Shown: positions 17,537-26,500, counted from the stretch's first letter. The stretch: DNA of 29,647 nt from a virus (IMGVR_UViG_3300045000_000007:1-29647), one strand, 5' to 3'. Numbers and translations: made by a program. Notes: generated from the letters alone by a model not told the origin.

Positions 17537-19066
17537 TTAGATGTAGGACTGTGTAGAAGGTCTGCGACGAGCACCGAATGTCTTCTTCCGATCCTTGAGG
17601 AAGAAGTGAACACCTGAGCAGACGGCATCCAAGATGTCATCGTTCGTCACGTGCGGGTATGCCATTGCCTGTTCTTCAAACGCTGCCAGTCTCTCGGCAT
17701 GACTTACCCAACCACTCTGGTAGTAGTCCAGCACCCGAGCAACGCGGATCGGCTTTGGCTCATGCTGATGGATAGGCAGGATCTTCACTGGCAGTGGAGA
17801 AAGCACAGAGGCCCAAGTGTCCCCACCTTGGTTTGTCTCAATCAGGACTGCCTTGATGGTGGGGTTTGCCTCAAGAATTGTGAGGATGCGCTCCCGGAGT
17901 TCAGCCGGCCCCAGCTTCACACCTTGAGCCATCTCGACCACACACTCACCAACCATCGGGTCATAGCCAACGATTGCTAGGCCGGTGAAGTCGCTTCCTG
18001 CCTTCGTAGTGACCGCTGGATCTACCGAGAGGATGCGACGGGTGACGCTCGTCAGTTCGTCATAGCGGAAGTCAGACGGAGTCCAGAAGCCACCGTCAGT
18101 ACCAGCAGGAAGGTTCATGTAGTCCATACGGAATGCCCTGGTGTGACGGATGCGCTCAAGGTCTTCCATGGACCAACGCTGAGGCCACAGAGAACGCTCT
18201 CTACCGTCCGCATCTCCGATGATCGCCGGGTAGTAGTGAGTCTCTACGTTCTCGTCTCGAACCCAATCAGCGACTCCCTCTTCTGGATCGACAACCGAGC
18301 GGACAAGATCATGCATGACTGATCCGTGCATCGTGGTTGTACCGGCGAACTCGACGACTGCGTTCGGATTCATGTTGAACACAGCTTGTGTGATCGTCAG
18401 GAGTCGCTTCTCTTTTTGGTACAGCGAGTAGTTCGATGCATCAGGTTCAACGTCATCAAACAGGATAAGGTCAGGACGTTGATTCGCAATGTTCGCACCA
18501 AGGATCGATGAGTCAATACCCTTGGCGCTGAACACCGCACCTGACTTAGCAATGTACAGCGACTGGTTATCCGAGACATTCTGACCACGACGAGTCATGG
18601 GCTTGCACAGTTCTGGATAGTCTCGATAGAGGTACTGATTGACTTGCCAATCGAACTCTCGCTTCAACGAAGACAAGTGCTGCTGAGCTTGATAAGCACT
18701 ATCGGCAAATGCGGCGACATAACGTCTGTGCCCATGAGCAAGTGCCCAAGTAGGGAGGATCTTGAATAGCCACGTTGACTTCCCCGAGCCACGTGGAGCC
18801 ACCCAAGCCTCTCGGAGTTCTCCGAATCCAAGATCCTGTCTTGCCCATTGCTTAGCTCGTTCGCACAGATCCAAGTGGAACTGAGAGAAGGAAATCTCGT
18901 CGCCCGTCTCTTTCGAAGACAAAGCCGAACGGAAGTACACAATGGCAAAGAGAAGCGGATCTAGGCGCGTCAGAACGCGCCTTCCCTCTGGGTCCAAGAG
19001 CAAGCGCTCATCGAACTGCGCGAGGTATTCGCGCCAATCAAACTCGACTTCCATCACGGTCGTCAT
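17537..19066 (-). CDS. terL: Terminase large subunit
   Basis: Walker A APRGSGKST, Walker B LILFDDVE, nuclease motifs SVDPA, SDFTG, IETNQGG and DDILDA. Confidence 0.95.
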   Translation of the reverse strand: MTTVMEVEFDWREYLAQFDERLLLDPEGRRVLTRLDPLLFAIVYFRSALSSKETGDEISFSQFHLDLCERAKQWARQDLGFGELREAWVAPRGSGKSTWLFKILPTWALAHGHRRYVAAFADSAYQAQQHLSSLKREFDWQVNQYLYRDYPELCKPMTRRGQNVSDNQSLYIAKSGAVFSAKGIDSSILGANIANQRPDLILFDDVEPDASNYSLYQKEKRLLTITQAVFNMNPNAVVEFAGTTTMHGSVMHDLVRSVVDPEEGVADWVRDENVETHYYPAIIGDADGRERSLWPQRWSMEDLERIRHTRAFRMDYMNLPAGTDGGFWTPSDFRYDELTSVTRRILSVDPAVTTKAGSDFTGLAIVGYDPMVGECVVEMAQGVKLGPAELRERILTILEANPTIKAVLIETNQGGDTWASVLSPLPVKILPIHQHEPKPIRVARVLDYYQSGWVSHAERLAAFEEQAMAYPHVTNDDILDAVCSGVHFFLKDRKKTFGARRRPSTQSYI

Positions 19067-19230
19067 TGCTCACCTGTCATAAACAGTGTTATCGGCTCAG
19101 CGGTGGGCAGAGGCTCAATACTCCACTCCCCCACGAGAATGGCGATGTCGTGAGTAGCGCAGCATTCGCAGCCGAACATTGCGCTACTCACAGCCTCACA
19201 ACTCAATCTCTGGCAATCGATGCAGATCAT
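19063..19230 (-). CDS. Cys-rich small protein, 55 aa (not in ORF track)
   Basis: MICIDCQRLSCEAVSSAMFGCECCATHDIAILVGEWSIEPLPTAEPITLFMTGEQ; ATGA overlaps with both the terS stop and the terL start. Confidence 0.65.
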   Translation of the reverse strand: MICIDCQRLSCEAVSSAMFGCECCATHDIAILVGEWSIEPLPTAEPITLFMTGEQ

Positions 19231-19688
19231 CCATCGGCCACCTTCCTGAGTTGTTCCTCTTGAGCTGCACTCTTGGCCTTCGCTTCCCGAAGGAGTTCTT
19301 GAAGTGCCAGGTCAGCCTGTGTGACCTCATGGACGGTCGCGTCGATTTCTTGTGGTGCGTCGAGACCCAAGAGACGAGCGCGCCGCTCAGCGACCTTCAT
19401 GGCAACCTCTACGTTCCGTGCTACCTGGTTGCCACGCTCGATCTGTGCAGTTAGCCGAGAAATGTAGTAATCCATTCGCTCAATTTCGAGCGTCCTAACC
19501 TCATCAGCGGCCGGAGTGATTGTCTCCTTAAGCGCAGCCTTAATCCATCTATCAACCGTTACGTGACTAACACCAACAATCTTGCCAATTTCCCGAAGCG
19601 TCAAACCATCACGGCGAAGCTTCAAGCATTCCAAAGCCTGTTCATTAGCTTGAACTGGATTGGCGTGGGACTGAGGAACAGCACCCAT
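19227..19688 (-). CDS. terS: Terminase small subunit (HTH type)
   Basis: LRRDGLTLREIGKIVGVSHVTV HTH, LEIERMD and ERRARLLGLDAP; directly upstream of terL. Confidence 0.85.
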   Translation of the reverse strand: MGAVPQSHANPVQANEQALECLKLRRDGLTLREIGKIVGVSHVTVDRWIKAALKETITPAADEVRTLEIERMDYYISRLTAQIERGNQVARNVEVAMKVAERRARLLGLDAPQEIDATVHEVTQADLALQELLREAKAKSAAQEEQLRKVADG

Positions 19689-19714
19689 TTGTTACACCCC
19701 TAGTGTCACGCGAA

Positions 19715-19731
19715 CTCGCCATCACGGCGAG
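19715..19731 (-). promoter_or_regulatory. Perfect hairpin CTCGCC-GTGAT-GGCGAG upstream of terS
   Basis: 6-bp stem with 5-nt loop; best copy of a motif recurring in the head module. Confidence 0.6.
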
Positions 19732-19737
19732 AGCTGT

Positions 19738-21279
19738 CTAGTGCTCGTTCTTGTTGCTTGGCACGTGCTCACTGCCGCACGCACTGCCGTCGTTCTCATC
19801 ACGAGAATTCATTTCGGCAATAGCCCTTGGACTTCTTGCACGAATACGTACCTTGTCCATTCTAGCCTTTTCCGCAGATCGTGGGGAGGCCACACGGCGA
19901 GGTGGAGTCCAATCCGAGGAATCCCCCACGATGGCCGCAATCTCCTCGTCCGACACATAAACGGAACGGAATCGCCGGTAGCCCAACTGGCCTTCCACAT
20001 ATACGTAGCCAATACCTGGCATGTCTTGCGGAATCGCAGAGCAGAGCGCACCATCCTGTTCCGCACCATCTCCCAGGACGGCGTTTGTCAGCGCGCTACT
20101 TCTAACCGCCATACAAACTCGCTGGACGAACACGTCTCGGAGTTCTCCAATGACGCTCTTCTGTCCAAGTTGCGAACATGCCCACACGACATATCCCGAT
20201 GCCCGACCCTGAGTCAGAAGCTGCCCTAGCGGACCGTCAATGCCTTCCGCCAGTACGGTCCCGACAAGCAGGAGCTCGTCGATAATCAGGACGTTGAGTG
20301 GCGTCTCCGGACTGATCTTGACCTTCCGGCCTGGCATTGTCTTCATCCGCTTGAACATGTCCTCAGCAACTCGACGAACGAGTCGACCAGCACCAGTCGA
20401 ATCACTGACGTAGTTCACGGTGTGTTGGTAGCCGGCCAGTTCTCCCATCTCGATTCCGCCCTTGGGATCGATGACGTGCAGCTCGTGCGGAGTCCCGACC
20501 TCTTGCATCCCTCGAAGCAGGGACCACACCACACCCGACTTGCCCGACCCCGATTCACCACCGATCAGCAGTGAGCGTTCTGGGTAGATGCCGACGACCG
20601 TCCGATCCTCGTCGATGCCAAACGGGATGCGCGATCCACGCAGTGACTGACCATCACTCAGAACCGCAGGAGTCACGATCTCGGCAAGCGGGTCTTCCCA
20701 AAGGATTTCCACCCAGCCTCGTCCTGCATCAATCGGAGTGACACGCACCATCACAGCACCGGGAAGAGACGCGCAGATAGTGTCCTTGACGAATGTCTCT
20801 TTGAACTTCGCAATCGGAAGTCCCAGTCGACCTGAGTTCACATAGCCACGTACGCCACGGCAACCTCGTCCGAGATGCAGCAACCAGATGTTCGGAACCG
20901 AGCGACCACGACGATTGACCAGCGCAGCCGCGAAGCAAACCTTGTTCCACTTGTAGTTGACAACGGCCATCTTCCAGAGCATCACCACAACACGCGATGA
21001 CACCCCACCACCGACGACCAGGAGCATCACGGCAATCCAGGCAAGCCCCACAACCACGAGCCCACCCAGGACAGCCATCCCGCTGATCAACCACCCGAGC
21101 CCGTACGACGTGTGGACCCACACGAGCGCCACAGCGAAGAACAAGAGCCAGTAGTGCTTGACCCACCAGACAATCGTTCGTTCGATGACGAGCAACCACA
21201 GAGGCTTGTGGAGGTAGTCAGTGACCCTGGCATCACTGCCGAACGTCTGTGGGTCTACTGCTGTGACTCGCTCACCCAT
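19738..21279 (-). CDS. FtsK/SpoIIIE-family DNA translocase, AICE/TraB-like
   Basis: N-terminal TM helices; Walker A GGESGSGKS, IDPKGGIEM, Walker B LIIDE, QGRASG; VLGDGA...GALCSAIPQDMPGIGYV...RSVYVSDEEI tail resembling actinomycete ICE transfer proteins. Confidence 0.88.
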   Translation of the reverse strand: MGERVTAVDPQTFGSDARVTDYLHKPLWLLVIERTIVWWVKHYWLLFFAVALVWVHTSYGLGWLISGMAVLGGLVVVGLAWIAVMLLVVGGGVSSRVVVMLWKMAVVNYKWNKVCFAAALVNRRGRSVPNIWLLHLGRGCRGVRGYVNSGRLGLPIAKFKETFVKDTICASLPGAVMVRVTPIDAGRGWVEILWEDPLAEIVTPAVLSDGQSLRGSRIPFGIDEDRTVVGIYPERSLLIGGESGSGKSGVVWSLLRGMQEVGTPHELHVIDPKGGIEMGELAGYQHTVNYVSDSTGAGRLVRRVAEDMFKRMKTMPGRKVKISPETPLNVLIIDELLLVGTVLAEGIDGPLGQLLTQGRASGYVVWACSQLGQKSVIGELRDVFVQRVCMAVRSSALTNAVLGDGAEQDGALCSAIPQDMPGIGYVYVEGQLGYRRFRSVYVSDEEIAAIVGDSSDWTPPRRVASPRSAEKARMDKVRIRARSPRAIAEMNSRDENDGSACGSEHVPSNKNEH

Positions 21280-21556
21280 CGAAATCCGCCTCCACTTCGT
21301 AACCCAGCATGGTTGCCCACCTCATGAACGCCCATGCCCAATCGCTATTGACTACGGTCCACATCGAGCAGCATCGGCACCGACATGTCTCCCGCTTTCG
21401 GAACCGCTCTGGGATCTTCCCCATGAGTTCGGCTAGCGACGTATCATCCGCACGGAAGAGCATCCGGTAGCGCATCGGCAGGACGCGGACCTTCAACACT
21501 TCCCGTTCAGCCTTCATAGCCTTGACTTCGTTCCACACCTGACGCCACGCGCTCAT
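21272..21556 (-). CDS. Hypothetical protein with CxCxCC motif, 94 aa
   Basis: TGATG-coupled start; overlaps the FtsK start by 8 nt. Confidence 0.65.
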   Translation of the reverse strand: MSAWRQVWNEVKAMKAEREVLKVRVLPMRYRMLFRADDTSLAELMGKIPERFRKRETCRCRCCSMWTVVNSDWAWAFMRWATMLGYEVEADFDG

Positions 21557-21729
21557 CAGAAAACCTCTCGGAAGAATGGAAGGACATCGATCCCAATCGG
21601 GACCGAGTTGTCCTCCACGATTGGTACCGTCCTGCGTTCAAGGTAGGTCAGCCCGACTTTGCAATACGGGCAAGCCACCTTGTAGACGACCGTGTCAAAC
21701 CAGTTGCCGCACAGCACACACTCATGCAT
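21556..21729 (-). CDS. Zinc-ribbon protein, 57 aa (not in ORF track)
   Basis: MHECVLCGNWFDTVVYKVACPYCKVGLTYLERRTVPIVEDNSVPIGIDVLPFFREVF; CxxC-x12-CxxC; stop coupled to the next start. Confidence 0.7.
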   Translation of the reverse strand: MHECVLCGNWFDTVVYKVACPYCKVGLTYLERRTVPIVEDNSVPIGIDVLPFFREVF

Positions 21730-21778
21730 CACAGTCGGACCTGAGCGTCGTCACCAGCCACACATTGAAATCCGTCAT
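21722..21778 (-). CDS. Possible 18-aa leader ORF
   Basis: AAAGGAG SD (21787-21793) then MTDFNVWLVTTLRSDCDA; its stop overlaps the 5' end of the Zn-ribbon gene. Confidence 0.4.
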   Translation of the reverse strand: MTDFNVWLVTTLRSDCDA

Positions 21779-21841
21779 TGTCATTACTCCTTTGACCCCC
21801 CGCCGGTGGTTTCCCATGGCGGCTCAGCCGTTCGCTTCGGG

Positions 21842-22043
21842 TGTGTACCGCGTGTACTGGTACACATCGGGCGTTTCTGTCTCGCGGCTCCCCTTAGGGT
21901 GCCCTCACCTGACGCGCAACGCTCTGACCTGCATAAACACAACACAACTGTCAGTTAGTAGATAGAGAGCGAAAAGGAGTGAAAGAGGGGCGATGTGTAC
22001 CGGTCCACGTGGTACACAGGTACACATCTCGGGCCTCTGTCTC
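21842..22043. repeat. Repeat-rich non-coding region: candidate replication origin and/or clt-like transfer locus
   Basis: Two TGTGTACC-N9-GGTACACA palindromes (21842-21866 and 21994-22018) plus a tandem GGTACACA (22019-22026); each cluster followed by GGGC..TCTGTCTC. Confidence 0.65.
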
Positions 22044-24297
22044 ATGTGGACGGTCGCGACGAGCCGGGCTTGACGAAGTTCCTATCCGTGATGATCCAGC
22101 CCATATCCTCAGCGTGCTTAATTCCGCGTTCGCCAAACTCCCTGAGCTTCGGGTTCAGAGGTCGAGTTACACCACTTCGAGTCCACTTCTTCGATGGATC
22201 GTCGTGGACGCGCCTGGCAACGTTCTTCGCCACGGTCAACACCTTCGTCTCGACTTCGGAGGACGCATCAGCGATTCCCTGAGCTGCCTTGACCTGGCGG
22301 TTGACCCAAGCCCGATCCTTCGCCTCTGCTTCTTCGCTTTGCTTCTGCCTGCCGTACGCCATGAGGGCATCTCGGACCTTCGAACTGGTCTCCCAGACGA
22401 CCTTGGCTAGCGTCCAATCCTCATCAGTGATCTTGTGGCGGCCATCGAGAAGCGCGAGCAGACCTGAGACCTTGATGAGCATCAGAGGCTTGTGGCTACT
22501 GTGTTCTTCGCCCTTAACGACACCGTATCGAGCGCGGTCAAGGCGATCCGCTTCGAGTTCGTCAATGATGGCCGGTGACACGCTCATGGTGATTGGTTCG
22601 CTTGTCATCAGCGCACTAAGATCGATCGGGAGCCGACCAGGCCACTCAACACGCCGTGGGATGCTTGGGTCCCGAACACCGCACCACATGAACCGCTGCG
22701 CCATGCCAGTGCCGAACTCATTGAGCGTCCCGAGCACAGTATCGAGTTGGAAGCCGATGATCAGGCCAAGACTGTAGTCGTCAACTTCGCGGGTGGTTTC
22801 CTCGTTGCCGTTCTGCTGACCGATCTTCTGGCCCATCCAGGCAGATCGAAGGACGGGGCCGATAGTGGCTCCGTTCCGCGTCTGCATCTTCGTCAGGGTC
22901 TCGCCTTCGTCCACGTAGAACAGGGCGTTGTGCCGGACCTGAGTCCTGCGAAGGGCAGTCTTCGGCTTCCCGTTGCTATCGAGTTGTCCGGTCGGAACCT
23001 GCTTCTTGCCCATGTAGGCTTCGGCGATCCCCTCACCGGAACCGATTTGCAGGTCTTCCTTCATGTCAAGGAAGTTGAGTGGTCCGTTGGGGTCGGTACT
23101 GACCATGACTCGCTTGGCAACGCCATAGCCAGTGCTCTTGCCCTCACCAGAGCCGGCCACTACCCCAGCAAAGAAGTTCAATGACGCATTCGAGCCACCA
23201 ATCCCTGTGTCCACGGTGATGTATGGAGACTTCATCGCAGCGATCCGAGTCAGGACGGAATAGAACGCCAGATCGGCAGAACTCTTGCGGGAGTGCGCAG
23301 CCTTGCGAATATGAGTCAGCATCGGCCGTGCCTCCCAGAAGTCATCAGGAAGGTTCGGCAAGATGATCCCTGCCCGCGTGCGCTCGACCTTCTGGGCCTG
23401 AGCAATGGCCCAAGCAAGACATTCGTTGAACTCCTTATCTGCATCACGCTCGCCACCGATTGAATCCCGAAAGGCGTTTAGCAGTTGGTCTGCGGCAGTA
23501 CGAGCGGGGTACACACCCTCACGCGCTTCCCGCATAGCCCAGCAAATCCCATGAACAAGGCTCTGATGCCGGGATTCGCCAGCGGCAACCTTGGTGTGGA
23601 AGTCTTGCAGGACGGGGATCAGCCTGCCGGGATCGTCGTATCCGTTGTGGGAACTGAGAAAGGTCTCGACCTGGTGAGGGGTAGCAGATTCCTCGTACGC
23701 ATCGACGTCCGGCAGCAGGTCGGCAACCGCCTTGGGCAACTCCGGAACAGTGCCGGTTTGCAGCCACTCGTACTGCCCACCGTCTTCTGCCTTCTCATGC
23801 AGCGATGGCGCGACCACGATCACGCCGTTCTTGCCGCGGATCTCACCCCAACCACCAGCCAGAGCACCAAGTCTGTTGCCGATTTGACGGCCATCAGGAA
23901 CTCGGAACAAGTAGTGGCCCTTCCCATTCACGTTCGTCCTCGTGGACTGGAACGGCGGTTCTTCGTTGGTGATTGCCTGCTTGATGGAGTCGAGCAGACG
24001 ATCAGGCTCATCAACATCGAAAGCCACGCAGCCTGAACGACCGACGTGGATCACGATCCCGCGCTTGGCCTTCGCGCCACCCTTGAACCACTCGGCAAGT
24101 TGTTGCGGGTCACGAGAGCTTTGAGTCTCCCAATCCTCACCGACAACTGAGCCAGGATGCTTCACGCCAGGCTTGATCGGAAGAACATAGAAGCCTGCTT
24201 CTGCGTATTGCAGAGCGGCTTCGTATACTGAACCCGAGGCGTCAATCAGTGGAACTTGCATTTTCCTCGGTCCGGTATTAGTATGGATAGTGGTCAT
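22042..24297 (-). CDS. Bifunctional primase-polymerase fused to a DUF3987-like P-loop ATPase/helicase (replicase); start uncertain (24297 or 24261)
   Basis: AALQYAEAGFYVLPI, SRDPQQLAEWF, AFDVD, GKGHYLF and EIRGKNGVIVVAPS (Prim-Pol); LNFFAGVVAGSGEGKST, FYVDE and GMAQRF (ATPase). Confidence 0.88.
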   Translation of the reverse strand: MTTIHTNTGPRKMQVPLIDASGSVYEAALQYAEAGFYVLPIKPGVKHPGSVVGEDWETQSSRDPQQLAEWFKGGAKAKRGIVIHVGRSGCVAFDVDEPDRLLDSIKQAITNEEPPFQSTRTNVNGKGHYLFRVPDGRQIGNRLGALAGGWGEIRGKNGVIVVAPSLHEKAEDGGQYEWLQTGTVPELPKAVADLLPDVDAYEESATPHQVETFLSSHNGYDDPGRLIPVLQDFHTKVAAGESRHQSLVHGICWAMREAREGVYPARTAADQLLNAFRDSIGGERDADKEFNECLAWAIAQAQKVERTRAGIILPNLPDDFWEARPMLTHIRKAAHSRKSSADLAFYSVLTRIAAMKSPYITVDTGIGGSNASLNFFAGVVAGSGEGKSTGYGVAKRVMVSTDPNGPLNFLDMKEDLQIGSGEGIAEAYMGKKQVPTGQLDSNGKPKTALRRTQVRHNALFYVDEGETLTKMQTRNGATIGPVLRSAWMGQKIGQQNGNEETTREVDDYSLGLIIGFQLDTVLGTLNEFGTGMAQRFMWCGVRDPSIPRRVEWPGRLPIDLSALMTSEPITMSVSPAIIDELEADRLDRARYGVVKGEEHSSHKPLMLIKVSGLLALLDGRHKITDEDWTLAKVVWETSSKVRDALMAYGRQKQSEEAEAKDRAWVNRQVKAAQGIADASSEVETKVLTVAKNVARRVHDDPSKKWTRSGVTRPLNPKLREFGERGIKHAEDMGWIITDRNFVKPGSSRPST

Positions 24298-24356
24298 GGA
24301 GGTCACATCTCCCCGGCTATTTCGGCCCCTGTGGTGTTCCCGCACCCAGGGGCCAA

Positions 24357-24683
24357 CTACTTTGCTGACTCGACTTCGAGCAGTACGGCTAGACGGCTGC
24401 GTTGATACTCAGTCAACGGTGGAGCCTCATCAATGAGTCGAGCGATAGCCTCGTCAATGACGGACTCGTGAGTCGCCATGATGGCGCGCACATCATCAAG
24501 CCGAAGTGCATTGCACAGAGCCTTGAAGACTGGCGGAGACACAGTCTTTCGATGACCCGATTCGAGGTTGGCCACGAAGGAATAGTGGACTCCGACCTCA
24601 TCGGCCAGAGCCTCAGTACGAACTCCGAGTAGCTTTCGGATCTCCCGAAGCGCAGAGCCGTTGATGGCAATCGACTTTGCCAT
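24357..24683 (-). CDS. XRE-family HTH protein with phiRv1 RDF-like C-terminus
   Basis: INGSALREIRK...LADEVGVHYSFVANLESG HTH; C-terminal APPLTEYQRSRLAVLL. Confidence 0.8.
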   Translation of the reverse strand: MAKSIAINGSALREIRKLLGVRTEALADEVGVHYSFVANLESGHRKTVSPPVFKALCNALRLDDVRAIMATHESVIDEAIARLIDEAPPLTEYQRSRLAVLLEVESAK

Positions 24684-25108
24684 AGGTATCCCACCTGTGT
24701 AGAAGCGGTTCGGATACCGGTTAGATAAGCGTCGTCGGCAGACGCAGAAGGTCAATTCTCGCGTGGCCGCAGCCGGGGCGGAACGTTCCTCGCCCTCACA
24801 TGATCCACTCTACAGGGCTCTCCACGGCATTGCCACCGAGCCGACCGTTTCACTCGAACGGGTGACGTCGAGCGGTCCAGCGCACGGCTCTATTCGATGC
24901 CTTGCCCCTGTTGCCCTCTACGTCGGCCGTAGGCGCGAGAAGGCTCGTCGCCGGTGTGGTCTATCGCGGGCACCGCAGAACGGCGCTCAGCGGCGATCGT
25001 GGAGGCCACGCAATTGGGCGCGGTCTTGGATTCAGCCGAAGGAGCTTCGCAGGACACATGACCCTGTATCGTGCTGCTCAGTTCAGTTCCACGGGAGGGA
25101 TGAAGGAA

Positions 25109-25327
25109 ATGTACTCAGCTCAGAATGACCCGCTTTGGTTGGTCACTGATGAAGGCCAAGTCTTTCGAGTGATCGGATGGCGTGAGAAGGATGGTCTCAA
25201 GGCCGTGACCACTACGGGCAATGGAACAGTCACGTTGCTCGACATTCAGGACGACTTTGCGGGCGTCGGTCTTTTCCACAGTGAGAGGAACGCCAACGTC
25301 CGCGGCTACGCGAACAGGCGCCGTTAG
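25109..25327 (+). CDS. Hypothetical protein, 72 aa
   Basis: GGGAGG/GAAGGA SD before the ATG; protein-like composition LWLVTDEGQVFRVIGW. Confidence 0.55.
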   Translation: MYSAQNDPLWLVTDEGQVFRVIGWREKDGLKAVTTTGNGTVTLLDIQDDFAGVGLFHSERNANVRGYANRRR

Positions 25328-25346
25328 GTCAGGGAGCACGACTCCC

Positions 25347-25937
25347 TCACTCGATGACTTCGACCTGACGGCCCATGTCTGTCATTTCTTGCGGTGATGC
25401 TGCCGTGACCGCTGCGTGGTGGAATTCGGCATCGTCGTTGGTCATCTCTTTGAGATGACCAAACCAGTCTCGAACCCACCTCACTCCGGCTGTATCAATG
25501 AAGTACATCTTGACCCTGTACGCAGAATACTTGTGGACGCCAACTTGAGGAAAGCGAACGGCAACTTCCTTGTCGCCTGTCTTAAGGAGCACTGGAAAAC
25601 TGGCAAGAAGCTTGCCCGGGTTTTCGTTTGCAGACAGGAAGGTGACTGTGAAGACGGGGGCGTCAGATGTGTTGATAACTTGGATGGAGAGAGCGCCATC
25701 CTTCCCGTTCGCCGCCCAGAAGGCGACCTTCGAAGCCTGTTCTCGTTTGGTCTGTTCCTGTAATGTGTTGAACTCCTTACGTTGGAGCTCTAAGGTCTGT
25801 TGTTGAGCACGGTTGGTTTGGATTGTTGCTCTTGCCGCAATGCTTGCGACTATGAAGGCTCCGACAGCAACGACCGTGGTTGACCAGTCGGCAAGGCTCC
25901 CGAGCATCGACCAATCGGCATCAGGCAGGAGGATCAC
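25347..25937 (-). CDS. Membrane-anchored hypothetical protein (paralog 2)
   Basis: GTGA coupling to the upstream paralog; LGSLADW-TM, QQQTLELQR, QASKV, NTSDAPV and YFIDTAGVRWVR. Confidence 0.75.
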   Translation of the reverse strand: MILLPDADWSMLGSLADWSTTVVAVGAFIVASIAARATIQTNRAQQQTLELQRKEFNTLQEQTKREQASKVAFWAANGKDGALSIQVINTSDAPVFTVTFLSANENPGKLLASFPVLLKTGDKEVAVRFPQVGVHKYSAYRVKMYFIDTAGVRWVRDWFGHLKEMTNDDAEFHHAAVTAASPQEMTDMGRQVEVIE

Positions 25938-26500
25938 TCGGTGTGCCCCGGCTGTGCGATCAACTGGATGCGGTCCCTCAGTTCTTCGTGCGTCGGGCGT
26001 CTTAGTTCGCCCATTGCTTGCCGAGTCCAGGCCAGCCCAGCAGCATCTTGGAAGTACAGCTCGTAGAACTGGACTTCTAAGACGTTGCGTCCTAGCTCCC
26101 ACGCTTCTGGCTCAGGACCGGTAGGAAACAGACTGTCTGACTCGTGCAGTATCTGCTTGTTCGGCCCCGGACCAGCCCTAAGTAGGGTCAGAAAGTACAC
26201 CGGCGAATCGGACGCATTGACGACGTATGCGGTCATCGGACCCATGTCAACTGCGGTTCCGCCATCTGGTGTCGGATGAGGGTCTAGCCTCATTTCGCTC
26301 ATGTGAAACGAGACCTTCGATGCTTGAGCACGTTCGATCTGTTGACGCTGCAACTCTAAGGTCTGTTGCTGAGAGCGGTTAGTTTCTCGCGCTGCTTTGC
26401 CAGCGCGAGCGGCGAAGAAGAGGGCGACGGCAGCAGTGACCCCAGTGAACCAGTCGGCAATAACTCCGAGTGCGTCCCAGGTTAACCAGTCTGGCACCAC
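25934..26500 (-). CDS. Membrane-anchored hypothetical protein (paralog 1)
   Basis: AGGAG SD; LGVIADW-TM, QQQTLELQR, QASKV, NASDSPV and YFQDAAGLAWTR. Confidence 0.78.
   Translation of the reverse strand: MVPDWLTWDALGVIADWFTGVTAAVALFFAARAGKAARETNRSQQQTLELQRQQIERAQASKVSFHMSEMRLDPHPTPDGGTAVDMGPMTAYVVNASDSPVYFLTLLRAGPGPNKQILHESDSLFPTGPEPEAWELGRNVLEVQFYELYFQDAAGLAWTRQAMGELRRPTHEELRDRIQLIAQPGHTE

Noticed and set aside
19150-19191. 12-bp stem GTGAGTAGCGCA/TGCGCTACTCAC as terminator or ncRNA
   Set aside because: It lies inside the coupled 55-aa ORF with no U-tract; the repeat is real but no function can be supported.
19738-21279. Type VII secretion EccC, or an FtsK/HerA packaging ATPase
   Set aside because: Single ATPase domain, no WXG100 genes, and a canonical terminase-portal system is already present.
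25938-26102. N-terminal extension of ORF 25347..26102
   Set aside because: Overlaps paralog 1 out of frame; paralog alignment and GTGA coupling place the start at 25937.
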